Positions 10,051-24,950 are shown, numbered from the stretch's first letter. The stretch: 64,000 nucleotides of DNA from Seison nebaliae (GCA_023231475.1 JALJEE010001544.1:1-64000), one strand, 5' to 3'. Notes: generated by a model not told the origin, from the letters alone. Translations and numbers: made by a program.

Positions 10051-13000
10051 ATGAGTGATTCAGATAAGAATCATTATCAACATAATCATCATCATGATGA
10101 TGATGAGGAGCAAGTTGATTCGATGATTAATGAGACGAATTCTTCAGTTCTTACTGATTCGTTGAAATCATCAGATGAATCAACAACATCATTCTTTGCT
10201 GATTTTCCGCGCCATTCAAATGTCAGGAAATCTGATTCGAAACGATCAATGAAAGATTCGATGGATAGTAGAAAACGATTATTTCGTTCATTTTATCCAG
10301 GAAAATTGAAAGATTTAACGAAAACTGGAACATTACCACCAAGATTAGATGGAAGACGTAAAATTGAAGTAGAGAAGAAATCGTTAGAGAATATTAATCA
10401 TTTATCATTGATTAATCATCATCAACAACAACCACAACAAGCACAAGCTCAATGTAATTATCATGGAATTAATTTAAACGAACCGTTATCGAAAGAGGAT
10501 ATGGATTATTTATTGAAAAAAATGCAAACGGAATTACAAATCGATTCAGCGGCAATCGAAAAAATGAGAAGTCATCCTGAATATGTTTTGGGTTGGGCGA
10601 AACAAGAATCGACGATATCGAGTCAAAGTGATGTTTGTTCAATTCTCGATTCATTAAAACATCATGTGAATAATCGTGGGAAAGTATTGAAATTGATGAA
10701 ACAATTAGAAGCTGAATTGAAAAGTAGATCAATCTCTTATTTGAAAGCATTCGCTAAATCATCCGGTCCTCGAATATTAATAAAAGCTGCAAATATAACA
10801 AAAATATCAGAAGAAGATCGAAATATTCAAGATCTGATTTGTGGTAAAGTGATAGCTTGTTTCCGTTATTTTGGGAATAATAATTTCGGTTGTAGTACAT
10901 TATTATCTAATAATGAAGTTTTCTTATTTCTCGTACGATGTTTCATTATCAGTCGATCGGATATGGTGAGAACGGAATCGATTCGATTATTATCCGTTTT
11001 CTCATTATTATCTCTCGGTCATAAAAATGTGATGAATTCGATTAGTCAAATTGCTGACGAATATAATTATACATCGAGATTTGAAGTATTTGTTGATGCA
11101 TTTTATGCGAAAAAAGTAAACGGAAGAATTCTGACGAAAACTTCACATCAATTACGAATTTCATTATTTCAATTTATTACGGCACTTTTATATGGAGCGA
11201 AATCGAAAGAATATCGACAACATATTCGAATGGAATTCGATCGAAATGGATTAATGGAAATAATTTCCCTTTATCGACAAATGGACAAAATGACTCCGAT
11301 TAATAAAGATTTCTCTGAATCAGATTGTGACGGTGGAAATGATGATTTATCTAGTGATGGTTCATCTATGACAAATCGGAATAGATCAGATGAACGTGTT
11401 GAAGAGATTTGTGAAGCGTTTAAAAATCGACAGATTACTTTACCTAAAATTATCGATAGTCGTTTAAGATATAACCGTTTTCTGATTCTAGAGGAATATA
11501 CTCATCCGAAAATTTTAGAGCAATTATATCTCATTAATCTCGGTGCTACGAATGATCGTTTACGTATGACACATTTGGAAAATGGTGAAAATGCTCCAAC
11601 TTTTTTATCAACTTCTGATTCTTTTGAATTTGTCAAAAATACTTTGATCGGTCATCAAGAGAATTTCATACTCAAATGTATCATGGACGATCTCGCTATC
11701 CTCTCCACCAACTATCAAAAAAGAGAATCGACTATGTTAATCGTACGAAACGTTCTTAAACAATTAATGTTTGATGAGGAGGAGTTATTTGATGGAAATG
11801 TTCAAATTTCCATTGAATCATTAAAAAAATATTTGGATGATTATAATCAATCCGTAAAAACACAACGAACATTAAGAGAGGAAGAAGAAGAAAGACAAAG
11901 GAAACAAAGAGAAACAGCAAATGAGAAGATTCTGAATGAGAGAAATCTTTTAGAAGAGAAATGTAAAGAATTGGAGAAACAATTGGAAACTTGGAAGAAT
12001 GAGCACGATAAAGAAAATCAGCCTGATCAAGACGGAAAAATTTCGAAAGAATTCGCTAAAGAATTATCAAATATTCTCGACGCAAAACATGCGAAAGGAG
12101 ATGGAAATCATTCAATAAAAACGGAATCAAAAGACAAGAAAGAAATTGAAGCTGAAAAATCTTTTGTTCCCCCACCACCCCCTCCACTTCCTTCCTCTAT
12201 TCCACCACCACCACCTTTACCGATGGAAATGGGAGATGGATTCATGCCACCACCACCACCACCTCCAATGCCGTTGGGTGATAATAATGCTATTCCACCA
12301 CCACCACCTCCACCTGGTGGCGCTTTCTCATTGAATTTCTTCTCAATGAAAGAAAGTTGGTATCTCATTCAATTCTTCCAAAAAATCAATTTTCCTCATA
12401 TCCACAACTCTATAAATTTCATTTACTAAAGGTATTCCTTCTCTTTCTTTTCTGTCATTCCTTCTTTTTTCCTCATATTATCTATAGAATATTCGTAGTA
12501 GTTTTTTTTGTGGTTGTTTATATAATTTTCGTGTTTAGTCTACAAAACGTTTGAATAAGAATTGTAATTTATTAATTTTTTTTTTTTCCAGCACCAAAAT
12601 TACCTAAATATTTGAAACCGTTACAACCGATCAAATATGATATAAAGACACGTCGAATCAATTGGTCTCAAGTTAGTTCGTTCTTTGGAAATTTGTCATT
12701 TAATCATTTTCCATTTAAGATTCAACCGAAAGATATTAAAGAAACTTCGATTTGGGTAGAAACGGAAAATACTCCATTAAATCTCAATGAAGATTTAGTG
12801 GAATTGATTAATCAGAATTTCGGATTGAAACAACCGAAAAAGAGTTTCATTTATTATTTCTTCTTCACTTTCTTCAAATTCTTCGTTAGTTGTGCCAGAT
12901 AAAGAAAAGGAGAATAAATTGACCGATGAAGAATATTTGATAAATCGAGAAATCGTCAAACCGGATGCTGCTAGAGGATTGTGTTAGAACTTTCAAATTT

Positions 13001-14584
13001 AAATTTCAACTTTATTAATTTTATATTTTGATTTGTATATTTTTAGCAATCATTTTCAAGAAAGTAAAATTTGATCCGGAAAAATTGAAAATTGCAATTT
13101 GGAACTGTAATTTGAAATTATTATCGTCATCATTTCTGAATTCACTTCAACAAAACATGATAAAAGTGGATATGAAGGAAGTGAAGAAGAAATTGGAAGA
13201 ATTTCCCAATTACGACGATTTGGGTTATGTCGGAAAATTTATGTTTCACGTTATTATTTTCCTCCTTTCAATTATGATGGTTTTTATATTTTAGTTGGTT
13301 GAAATTAAAGAACTTCAGAGAAGAGTCAAATGTCTCTACTTTAAAAGTGAATTTGATGAAACGATTAATGATTTGACGAAACAATTGAATGCAGGAATTG
13401 AGGCATGTAATGAAATGTATAATAGTAAACGATTCGATTCTCTCATTCTTCTCATACTTCAATTGGGGAATGTGATGAATCATGGAAGTCATATGGGTTC
13501 ATCTTATGCCTTCGATATTTCATATCTCTCCAGAGTTTCCCTTTTAAATTCTTGAAAAATATTCTTTCAATATTCTCTCTAGTTGATAGGAACGAAAAGT
13601 TTAGATGGATCAGAAAACATTTTGCATTTTCTTATCGATAAAATTCTATTTGAGAATGACAATTTGGAAGATCTCTTAAATTATGACGACGATCTTTCAC
13701 ATTTGTCTCTGACAAAAAAAAGTTATTTTTCCTTTTGAATTCTCATTTTTATTCTAGTCTCTCTAATTTAGTTACGAAGGAGTTGGTGAAAGATAATATC
13801 GATGAAGTAAAAAAAAACGTAAAAGAAATTAATTTGTTGAGGAAGACGTTGAAAACGCAAAACGATGAGGATCATTTCCAGTTTATTATGTCAGATTTCC
13901 TGGAAGAATCTGAGAAGAAATTGACTGAAATTGAGCGTTAGATATTATTATAAATTTATTATTATATCAATAAATCCAATAGAATTAGAAAAGAGTTTAC
14001 TTAAAAAGTTTACGCAAATCGGTGACAAATATAGTTTTAATGTGAAAAAATATTCGTTAGAAGAATTCTTTAAGGATGTCAACGAATTCAATAATCAATT
14101 TCGAGTTATTTTAATATTTTTATAATTTATTCTACTTTCTTTAAAGTCGGCAGTGAAGGATGTTGAGAAGAAAAGAATGGAAGGTGAAAGGAAAAAGAAA
14201 GCGGAGAAACTTCGAGAAGAAAAAGAGGCGGAAAGTATTAGGAAAATTGAAAATGATGCTAAATTATTGAAGAATAACGGTTAGTACTTTAAAGAGATGG
14301 TAATTTCGATCTCTATTCAATTACAGGTTCGAAAGATGGAGAAGGAATTATTGATGTGCTAAGTCGACGTTTGGATGATATGTACAAGAGTACGCCGGAA
14401 CAAAGAGGAAGAAGTTAATTTTTATTTTATCTAATCCACTCATTTTTCATGGTTAAATTCAGGGAGGAGACATGTAGGAGATTTTGATCTTCCCGTTGAA
14501 TATCAGAAAACGAAAGGAGAATTATTGGGAGAAGTAATAACGGGCAAAGTTGATTGGAATCAAATAAATGACATTCATAAATGA
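10051..14584 (+). CDS. Diaphanous-related formin (GBD/FH3, FH1, FH2, DAD), multi-exon
   Basis: FH3-like RQHIRMEFDRNGL, coiled coil and poly-Pro FH1. After the 12356-12591 intron come FH2 exons (TRRINWSQ, ILQLGNVMNHGS, AFDISYL, LEEFFKDVNEF) and a DAD-like GIIDVLSRRL. Stop at 14582-14584. Confidence 0.9.
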
Positions 14585-15033
14585 TATTCTTTTTGTTTTT
14601 CCTTTATCTTTACATTTCTTCAACATTCCTATTTTTACGCTATAATACGTCTATTTCCATCTTGTATAAAGTTATAATTATAACCAGTTTATTATTCATA
14701 TGACCGCACCAAAATTAGTTTTTCGAAAAAACAGTGTTTTCATGGAAATAATAATGAGAGATTTAAACAAATAAAATTTATTATTATTTATCCAATCTTT
14801 CTTGATCTATTCCTTAACATTATTTTTAACATTCAAAATCATTTTTGATTCCGATATGTAAAAATCATTCATTATTAATGAACGAAATTGTGAATATCAA
14901 TAGTTATTCGTTTCAACCGAGTCGTGAGTTATTGATAAATTGAAATCAATTGGTTCATTTCGCAAGAGATGTCTCTCGAACGTTCTATCAATAAAAACAT
15001 TCCTAACTTTGTGAATATTCGACATTTGAAAAA

Positions 15034-15345
15034 AAATATAAATTGTTCACCATATATAAAGATAAACCTGAACCGTCTACTGTTGGTAGAATTCAATATC
15101 TGTGATTAATTGATATTTTTATGTTTGATTAAGTAATAGCCGAACAGCATAAAGCGAACAATATCTAAGAGAAGTTCGAAGAAAAAAGGTGGCCTTCCTA
15201 AAGTAGAAACGATAGTAAATATGTAGCACATCTACCAATGAAAACTTCAATGGAAACAATCAAAAACAATGTGGTGAAATATTTAAATCCAGCGAAATTA
15301 CGCAAATGCTTTTATCCTAGAAATTTAGAAACACATGAGGTGTGC
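15034..15345 (+). pseudogene. Relic of the secreted-kinase family (exons 2-3 only)
   Basis: Near-identical to 15944-16302 of copy 1. It has an internal deletion, GGA changed to a stop-like TAG, and no signal or kinase exons. Confidence 0.85.
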
Positions 15346-15806
15346 TAATCGTTCTATTGTATGTACGGTCAATACTTAGTAACGACTTATGAGTTGTTAG
15401 ACAAAGAAACGGGTAGTCCATAAAAATCACAACAGTGACGAATAACTTTAACTTCAATTGAATCGAAAAAAATTTACAACGATGATGAAACGAATAAAAA
15501 GTTCTGAAACACTTACATCTAATTTCATCGGTCGTTGCAGAATTATTGTTTTTATTGTTAATTATCATACGGAGAGTACATTCATTCTTTTCAACTAATG
15601 TTTTAATATTGCTATCAATAGAAGAAAGATCTTTGATTTCTCTTGATTAGTGACGTTAAATCTTCGTTCCGTTTCTTATGTGACATTACGTGATCGCTCA
15701 TTTTTCTCCGTAAACATTATAAATATTATTATAGACGTAAATCTCTATAGAGTAATATATAAACTGAAAGTAAGTTGAATTAAAATGTAATTAATTTTTT
15801 GTACCA

Positions 15807-17470
15807 ATGTTTTCTAGATTAGTTTTAATTCTTTCTTTATTATTATTGTTTTGTGCAGCTATTCCGACAAAAAAAAAGTCGTACGATGATACAAATCTGA
15901 TAAGACCTATGATCAAGTTTAATCGAGCAAATAAATGTTCTTAAAATATAAATTGTTCACCATATAACTGATTATAATTTAAAGATAAACCTGAACCGTT
16001 TACTGTTGTTAGAATTGAACAGTTGCGATTAATTGATATTTTTATGTTTGATTAACTAATAGCCGAACACCATAAAGCGAACAATATCTAAGAAAAGCAT
16101 AAAAAGCTCTAAGAAAAAAGGTGGTCTTCCTAAAGTTGAGAGCAACATAAATCTCGATTCATCGGGATTTAGTAAATATGGAGCACAACTACCAATGAAA
16201 ACTTCAATGGAAAGAATCAAAAAGAATGTGATGAAATACTTAAATCCAGCGAAATTACGTAAAAGCTTTTATCCAAGAAATTTAGAAAAACATGAGGTGT
16301 GCGATACTCCTATTGAAGCCGTATATTACGGTTATAAATATACGGTTAATTGAATTTGTAAAGTATCATACCTAAAAATTTGTTTGAAGAAGGAATTGGG
16401 TTCTGGTGCACAAGGTGCAGTATACCTTATGAATAATGGAACTCATGATCTTGCACTAAAACGTTCGTAATTCTACATATTTAATATTTAATTAAAAATT
16501 TCAGGAATACCAATACTCGATAATTTTCTTATTCAAATCAATGCTCTAGCGGCATCTACCAGAAATAACCGTGCACTGAAATTATTGGGCATTATGGAAG
16601 GATTAAGTGAAAAGAATAATAAAATTATTAAACATAAACAACATAGTTTGTGATTTGTTCTTCGTTTAACTAAGTTTAAATTTAAAATAATTATTAGATG
16701 TCATAACTGCAGACGGCAGATTCTGCTACGCAATGTCATACGTACCAGGTAAACAATTAATAAATTTCAACTTCAAGGAATTGGGTTCTGGGAAAGATCC
16801 TGGTAGTTATCGGAAATTGAAAATAAATTACAAATTGATTATTCTAATCTTGAGACAACTACAGATATTACACTTCTCGTTCAATGAGTATCCTGTCCAA
16901 ACTCAATCCCCGGTTTTTAAATTTTATGTTAATATTCTATAAATTCACATTCTGTAGATTTATGGAGCATATTCGTTCACAATGAGTCATGGAGATTTAC
17001 ACCGGAGCAATATTATAGTGCAAAAACGAAAAAAGGGTAATTATGTTCCATTTTTGGTGGATGTAGGCTTTAGCATATACCTAAAAAATTATGATCATAA
17101 CGAGATATTTATTCAGTTCTATAACAAATATTTACTAGAAGAAGCATTTATCGGTGATCGAAAAGGATTGGTTGTACATAAACTTCAATTGATAAATGCT
17201 CCCCAAAATGATGATTTTTGTATGCTCATGGTAGATATTCTAATGTCATTTTTGGGGGTGATAAAAGTGGAAAATTTGAATTGTCGGGACTTACACTTAC
17301 CTCTTAAGAACACTCCTAATATCCATCTACATCAACAACTCACTGTATGGAAGACCGGTTTCGAAGCCATGGACGGTATTATAACAATTTTTCAAAAATT
17401 TCTACCTCAATTCAAAACCTATTCTGATACTTGGCTACTATTATATAATTATCTTCAAAAGTTCGATTAA
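15807..17470 (+). CDS. Signal-peptide-bearing divergent protein kinase, array copy 1 (7 exons)
   Basis: Spliced product: MFSRLVLILSLLLLFCAA-IPT...; ELGSGAQGAVYL; LALK; FLIQINAL; FCYAMSYV; HGDLHRSN; VDVGF. Confidence 0.85.
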
Positions 17471-18042
17471 AACAATTCTTAAGATATAATTCTTAAGATA
17501 AGATAAATAAAGAATAACAGTTCTGGCATTGTCAAAGATTTCTTATGCTCCACTTAACTAACTACCTACATAGTATTGAGTAGAAGTGTAAATTATTGAG
17601 AACAAAAAATTTTTACCTCATTATACGGAATTATTGTTCATGTATAATATTGAAATGATCATGTATTCAAACGTAGGTATATATATAATGTCTCGGATTA
17701 AAATCCGCCGTTTAACAAAGTATAATGGCTTCAACTTTTTTCTTTCGATAAAGATGAATTGATATTATCAAAGTACGCATTTTTTTAAACCCATAAAACT
17801 ATTTTAAAAGAAATATATTAATAGAAGTGTGAGTAATAATGTGAATAAAAATTTTTTTAATATATACAGAATTGTATATAAAAATACATATCTACATCTA
17901 CATAAAGAGTAAAGAAGGCCAAAAGCCGGTTGTATTACTTCGACTAAGGATAAAAAAATTTAAACATCTCTTTAACTAAATTTTTCCTATCTCCATGATT
18001 TGTTTGGAGTCAAATGCGTATTATTCCGTTGCTTGGAAGAAG

Positions 18043-18086
18043 TGTCTCATTTTGCCCCTTTGTCTCATCTTGCCCACATGACGATA
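18043..18086. mobile_element. Possible solitary DNA-transposon terminus
   Basis: Two 15-bp direct repeats, TGTCTCATTTTGCCC and TGTCTCATCTTGCCC, then ACATGACGA-TA. The sequence after TA resumes similarity to 22764-22813. No partner TIR was found. Confidence 0.35.
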
Positions 18087-18317
18087 TTCACATTATTAAT
18101 CACACTTCTATTTTCATAGATACAATCGTATTTCTAAAGTCATTACTGTTTGGATAACATAAAATTGTCTTTGACGCTCTTAATTGAAATTACTTTAATT
18201 GAGATTAAAAGAGAATTAAAAAATAATAATAATTAATCAGAAAAAAATTATAATTAAAATGCACAATAAATTAAAAACACATTGAGTTGAATTAAACTTT
18301 AATTCTTTTTCTTCACA

Positions 18318-19957
18318 ATGTTTTATCGGTTTGTTTTTGTGTTTTCTTTTGTTATTTTCTTTTGTAAGGCTAACCCAACAACAGGAAAATGGGATGAAAA
18401 AAATAACCTAATAATCAACAACTTAGGTTTTTTAATTATACAAATTTTATTTATGCAATTAATCTCAATTTATAGATAAGATTGAACCGGCTAATGTTGC
18501 TGAAATTTATTATTTACGAAAAATTGAAATATATTTTTTATATTTTATTAATTAATAGCCAAACATCTTACAACTACCTATGTTTAAGAAGTATATGATG
18601 GCCAAAGATGGAAAAAGTTTTTTTTCGAAATTTAAGAGCAACGTTAATCTTGGTACATCGACATTTGGAAATTGTGAAACGGAACTACCAATGACAACTT
18701 CAATGGATACAATTAAAACGAATGTGATGAGATATTTGAATCCATCGAAACATCATCAAACTTTTCATCCAAACGATCTAGAAAAACATCTTGTGTGCGA
18801 TATTCCTTATACCGCCAAATATCACGGTTATAAATATTTGGTTAGTTGAATTGGGAAAATATCTATTTTCAAATTTGTTTCAAGAAATTACTGGGTGCTG
18901 GTGCACAAGGGGAAGTAACACTTATGGGAAATGGAACTCATCTCCTCGCATTGAAACGTTTCTTATTCTACATATTTAAAATTGAATTAAAAATTTTAGG
19001 ATTGATAAAGCTCGATAATTTTCTTATTCAAATCAATGCTTTAGCAGCATCTACCAGAAATAATGGTCCACTGAAATTATTAGGCACAATGGAAGGCTTT
19101 AATCATATGGATGATGAAGTTTTTTCGTATGAATCACAACGTTTTTCTTTCTTCTTCACACATATTTAAAACGTCTAATAGATGTAAATTCGAGAAATGG
19201 AAGATTCTGTTACGCAATGACATACATAAGAGGTAAAGAATTAAAACAAATCGATAACTTAAAGGAATTGGGTTCAGGAAAAACTATATTCAGTTATCGG
19301 AGATTGAAAATAAATTACAAATTGATTATTTTAATTTTGAGGCAATTACAGAGATTGCATTTCTCGTTCAATGAATATCCTCTCCAAACTGAATCACCAG
19401 TTTTAAACTTTTATATTCATATTCTATAAATTCACATTCTGTAGATTTATGGCGCATATTCGTTCACAATGAGTCATGGAGATTTACATAGGAGCAATAT
19501 TATAGTGCAAAAACAACTTGATAATACTTATGTTCCAATTCTGGTGGATGTAGGCTTTAACATATATTATGGATATTATGATCATAATGAAATATTTATT
19601 CAATTCTATAACAAATATCTACTAGAAGAATCATTTATTGGCGATCGAAAAGGATTGGTCGTACATAAACTTCAATTGGTAAATTCCCAGCAAAATGAAG
19701 ATTTTTGTATGCTTCTTGGTGGTATTCTAATGTCATTTATGGGTGTAAAAAGAAACATCCCAATTAACTGTCGGTCATTACGCCAACCGTTGAAATTCAC
19801 TACAGATAGGCACCTTTATCAACGACTTACTGTATGGAAGACCGGTTTTATAGCCATGGAGGGTATTTTAACAATTCTTCAAAAATTATTGTCTCCATTA
19901 AATATTTATTTGAATACTTGGGTACCGTTATATAATTATCTTCAAAATTTCGATTAA
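18318..19957 (+). CDS. Signal-peptide-bearing divergent protein kinase, copy 2 (7 exons)
   Basis: MFYRFVFVFSLLFSFCKA-NPT; LLGAGAQGEVTL; LALK; HGDLHRSN; VDVGF. Intron positions match copy 1. Confidence 0.85.
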
Positions 19958-20175
19958 GTAGTTTCGTTGAAGATTTTTGAAAGAGAAACTTCATTAAGAT
20001 TTAAAAGTTTTTTAATAAATCTCTACCCATATCCTACTGTTATCTTGTTCGAATTTCTTTCCTACAACTTGAATACCTTCCACAAAATAGACTACTTCTA
20101 TTAATGATTTTCATTCACGTTTTCATGTCATCTAATACGATTTTCCTTAACATGAAAGAATCATTTTTGTCTTAA

Positions 20176-20430
20176 TCAAATCGAAAATAGTGAATTATCT
20201 GACTTTGCCATACTTTTTAAATGTTCCAAATTTCCAAAATATTCAGTATAATCAGTATCTAAATTTTTAATTGATTTCTTGACATGTTGACAAAGGATTC
20301 CTTCTTTAGAGAAAGAATAACATCTTATCTTTAAAAATGGTTGAAGATATTTATAAAATAACAATTAGTTGAACTACAGACTTTGTTTTCACTATTGCTT
20401 TCTGAACATGATATTTTTTGTATAAATCCT
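20176..20430 (-). mobile_element. Degenerate SWIM-zinc-finger (MULE transposase-like) remnant; partial second copy at about 23075-23200
   Basis: Minus-strand peptide RCYSFSKEGILCQHV matches the C-terminal half of the SWIM motif CxC..F...GILCxH. Surrounding frames are broken. Confidence 0.45.
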
Positions 20431-20773
20431 TTTCTTAAATACTATAAATACTAGTATAACTTTTTCTGCCAATACATCCCATCTCCATGGAAGAGTTGGA
20501 AGGACTCGTTAGCAACTTTAATCTCGAATCATTTATTCCTATTCATCTGAGGGATGGGTTGTCTCGTGGTCGTGAGTTTATTTCCAGTAACAATTTTTCT
20601 TCACTTATTGATTTTCTTTAAGCTTTACCCCTAAGGGGATTACGCGTCTTATAATAAAAATAAAAATAAATAAATGATGTTAACGATATTAAAATTTGAT
20701 CTTAACAATAAGATTGTAATTATAAGTTGAAATACAATGGATTGAATTAAACTTTTATTAATTTTTCATTCGA

Positions 20774-22433
20774 ATGCGTCGTCGATTTTTTTTACTGTTT
20801 CCTTTTATTATTTTGTTGTGTGTAGCCATTCCGACAAAAAAGAAGTCAGATAATGATAAAGATCTGAAACCAGAAAATGAAGGTTCTTTCAATATAAATT
20901 GTTGAGCATTTAACTAATTATAATTTAAAGATAAACCTGGACCTTCTTCTGTTGTTAGAATTATTTGAGAATTTAGAAATATTTTTTGACCTATTGATAT
21001 TTTTATGTTTGATTAACTAATAGCCGAACACCATAAAGGGAACAATATCTAAGAGAAGCTCGAAGAAAAAACGTGTTCTTCCTAAAGTAGAGAGCAATAT
21101 GAATCTCGATTCATCCGGATTTAGTAAATATGGAGCACCCCTACCAATGAAAACTTCAATGGAAACAATCAAAAAGAATGTGATGAAATATTTAAATCCA
21201 TCGTTAGATCATCAAAGTTATTTTCCAAACGATCTAGAAAAACATGCGGTGTGCGATAAACCTAGAGAAGCTATTTATTACGGTTATAAATATAAAGTTA
21301 GTTGAATTGATAAATTACCATAGTTAAAGTTTGTTTCAAGAAAAAATTGGGTGCTGGTGTACAAGGTGCAGTATACCTTATGGATAATGGCACTCATGTT
21401 CTTGCACTAAAAAGTTCGTGATTCTACATATTTAATATTCAATTAAAAAATTGCAGAAATGGAATATCTCGATAATTTCCTTTTTCAAATTAATACTTTA
21501 GCGGCATCTACCAGAAATAACGGTTCATTGAAATTATTGGGCACTATGGAAGGATTAAATGAAAAGAAAAATAAGCCGCTTATATTTGACCTACAACGTT
21601 AGTAATTAAATTTTTTGTTGAAATAGGTTTAAAATTAACATAAATATTAGGTGTCAAATCTAGGGAGGGCAAATTCTGTTACGCTATGTCATACGTAGAA
21701 GGTAAACAATTAAAAAAATTCAACTTCAAGGAATTGGGTTCGGGAAAAGATCCTGCCAGTTATCAGAATCTAAAAAGAAATTACAGATTGATTATTCTAA
21801 TCTTGAGACAACTACAGATATTACACTTCTCGTTCAATGAGTATCCTATCCAAATTGAAACACCGGTTTTAAAATTTTATGCTCATATTTTATAAATATA
21901 CATACTTTTTATTCCTTAAGATTTATGGCGCATATTCGTTCACAATGAGTCATGGAGATTTACACAGGAGCAATATTATAGTGCAAAACCAAACCAATAG
22001 TAATTATGTTCCATTTTTGGTGGATGTAGGCTTTACCATATACCATAGTAGTTATGACCATAATGAGATATTTATTCAGTTTTATAACAAATATTTACTA
22101 GAAGAATCATTTATTGGTGATCGAAAAGGATTGACTGTACATAGACTTCAATTGATTAATTCTCACCAAAATCAAGATTTTTGTATGGTTCTGTCAAATA
22201 TTATACTGGTGTTTATGGGAGTGAAAAAAGAGAAAGGTATGAATTGTCGGAAATTACTAAAACCGTTTAAGAGCACTTCTAATATTCATCGACACCAGCA
22301 ACTCACTGTATGGAAGACAGGTTTCGAAGCTATGGAGGGTATTTTAACAATTCTTCAAACTTTTCTACCTCAATTCAAAACCTATTCGGATACGTGGGTA
22401 GCATTATGTAATTATCTTCAAAAGTTCGATTAG
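20774..22433 (+). CDS. Signal-peptide-bearing divergent protein kinase, copy 3 (7 exons)
   Basis: MRRRFFLLFPFIILLCVA-IPT; KLGAGVQGAVYL; LALK; FLFQINTL; HGDLHRSN; VDVGF. Confidence 0.85.
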
Positions 22434-22664
22434 AATAGTCCTTGGGATTTATAAAAAGTAAGACTCATACCTCTGAGATTGTCAAAGACTTGTTATGTTC
22501 TATTTTAACCACTTCTAATTCCGGAATATATGTAATAAAAACTTTTCTGTAGTTCCCAAAAGAATACTTTTGTATAATTTAGAGTTCTCCTTCAACTGCA
22601 ATTTTGCGGTGACATCTACCATGTTGGTTTCCGTTTAACAGTCGGTCATTTCTTCGTTGGCGCA

Positions 22665-22776
22665 GTGTATAATTGTTCCATTTCCCATTAATTTGTCTTC
22701 TGGAATTAAAATAGTTCTTTCATCGTTTTTGTTTGTCTTTATGAACTAGTATCGTCTTGACCATTCACATTATTAC
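22665..22776. repeat. Intergenic segment duplicated at about 25554-25666
   Basis: Shared GTGTATAATT...ATCGTTTTTGTTTGTCTTTATGAACTAGTATCGTCTTGACCATTCACATTATTACT. Confidence 0.85.
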
Positions 22777-23303
22777 TCCCACTTCTATTTCCATAGGTAC
22801 GATCGTATTTCTAAGCTCATCGAAGAAAGTGATTCCTATTCTTAAGAAATGTGACGAACTAAAATGATAGTGACGCTATGAAAAATAATAGGAGGGGCTC
22901 AATAGAAGAAAATGGCATACTTCGATATTTCCTATTGGACAGGAAAGAACTTGAAAATTCCAAAGTGAGTAAAAACTTTTAATATTAAAATTTCTGAGCA
23001 ATCAATATTAGTTATGTCCAACAAAGTTTTTAGTCAAGCCACAAGCAGAACATAATGGAATGTATTTCGTTATTCTTCTTTAGAGAATGAATAACATCTT
23101 ATCTTTAAAAATGGCTGAAGATACTAATAAAATAACAATTAAAAGAACTACAGAGTTTATTTTCATTATTGGTTTTTGAACATGATATTTTTAGTATAAA
23201 TAAATTATGTTAACGATATTAAAATTTGATCTTAACAATAAGATTGTAATTATAAGTTGAAATACAATGGATTGAATTAAACTTTTATTAATTTTTCATT
23301 CGA

Positions 23304-24950
23304 ATGTGTCGTCGATTTTTTTTATTGTTTCCTTTTATTTTTTTGTTATGTGTAGCCATTCCGACAAAAAAGAAGTCGGATAATGATAAAAATCTGAAAC
23401 CAGAAAATGAAGGTTCTTTCAATATAAACTGTTGAGCATTTAACTAATTATAATTTAAAGATAAACCTGGACCTTCTTCTGTGGTTAGAATTATTTGAGA
23501 ATTTAGAAATATGTTTTGACCTATTGATATTTTTATGTTTGATTAACTAATAGCCAAACACCTTAAAACGAACAATAGTTAAGAAAAGTGCGATAAAAAC
23601 AGATCCTAAAGTAGAGAGCAACATGAATCTCGATTCATCCGGATTTAGTAAATATGGAGCACCCCTACCAATGAAAACTTCAATGGAAACAATCAAAAAG
23701 AATGTGATGAAATATTTAAATCTACCAACATTACGTAAGTTTTTTTATCCAAGAAATTTAGAAAAACATGAGGTGTGCGATACTCCTATTGAAGACATAT
23801 ATTACGGTTATGAATATAAGGTTAGTTGAATTTGTAAAGTATTATACTTAGAACTTATTTGAAGAAAGTATTGGGTGCTGGTGGACAAGGTGTAGTATAC
23901 CTTATGAATAATGGAACTCATGATCTTGCACTAAAACGTTCGTAATTCTACATATTTAATATTCAATTAAAAATTGCAGGAATTCCAATACTCGATAATT
24001 TCCTTATTCAAATCAATGCTCTAGCAGCATCTACCAGAAATAACGGTCCATTGAAATTATTAGGCACTATGGAAGGATTATATGAAAACAATTATCATAA
24101 AGTTAAATATGCAGAACATCGTTTGTGATTTGTTCTTCGTTTAAATATGTTTAAATTTAAAATATATTAGATGCCCTATCTTTAGAGGGCAGTTTCTGTT
24201 ACACTATGTCATATGTAGCAGGTAAGGAATTGATAGAATGCAACTTCAAGGAATTGGGTTCGGGAAAAGATCCTGCCAGTTATCAGAATCTAAAAAGAAA
24301 TTACAGATTGATTATTCTAATTTTGAGACAACTACAAATATTACACTTCTCGTTCAATGAGTATGCTATGCAAATTGAATCACCAGTTTTAAAATTTTAT
24401 GTTCATATTTTATAAATATACATAATTTTTATCCTTTAAGATTTATGGAGCATATTCGTTCACAATGAGTCATGGAGATTTACACAGGAGCAATATTATA
24501 GTGCAAAAACGTTATGATAATTATGCTCTATTTTTAATTGATATGGGCTTTAGCATATACCCAAACAATTATGACCATAACGAAATATTTATTCAGTTCT
24601 ATAATAAATATTTACTAGAAGAATCATTTCTTGGTGATCGAAAAGGATTGGCCGTACATAGACTTCAATTAATTAATTCTCCTCAAAGTCAAGATTTTTG
24701 TAATGTTCTGTCAAATATTCTAATGGTATTTATGGGAGTGACAAAAGAGACAAGATTGAATTGTCGGAAATTACAAGAACCGTTTAAGAGCACTTCTAAT
24801 ATTCATCTACATCAACGACTGACGTTATGGAAGACCGGTTTTGAAGCCATGGAGGGTATTATAACAATTCTTCAAAACTTTCTACCTCCATTCAAAACCT
24901 ATTCCGATACCTGGGTATTATTATATAATTATCTTCAAAAGTTCGATTAA
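23304..24950 (+). CDS. Signal-peptide-bearing divergent protein kinase, copy 4 (7 exons)
   Basis: MCRRFFLLFPFIFLLCVA-IPT; VLGAGGQGVVYL; LALK; HGDLHRSN; IDMGF. Confidence 0.85.

Noticed and set aside
12108..12368. Gly-rich antisense ORF and His-rich alternative-frame ORF
   Set aside because: These are shadows of the formin FH1 poly-proline (CCA) codons.
12356..12591. Possible microexons or a recursive splice site in the long formin intron
   Set aside because: The candidate microexons do not keep the frame, while the direct join 12355>12592 is in frame.
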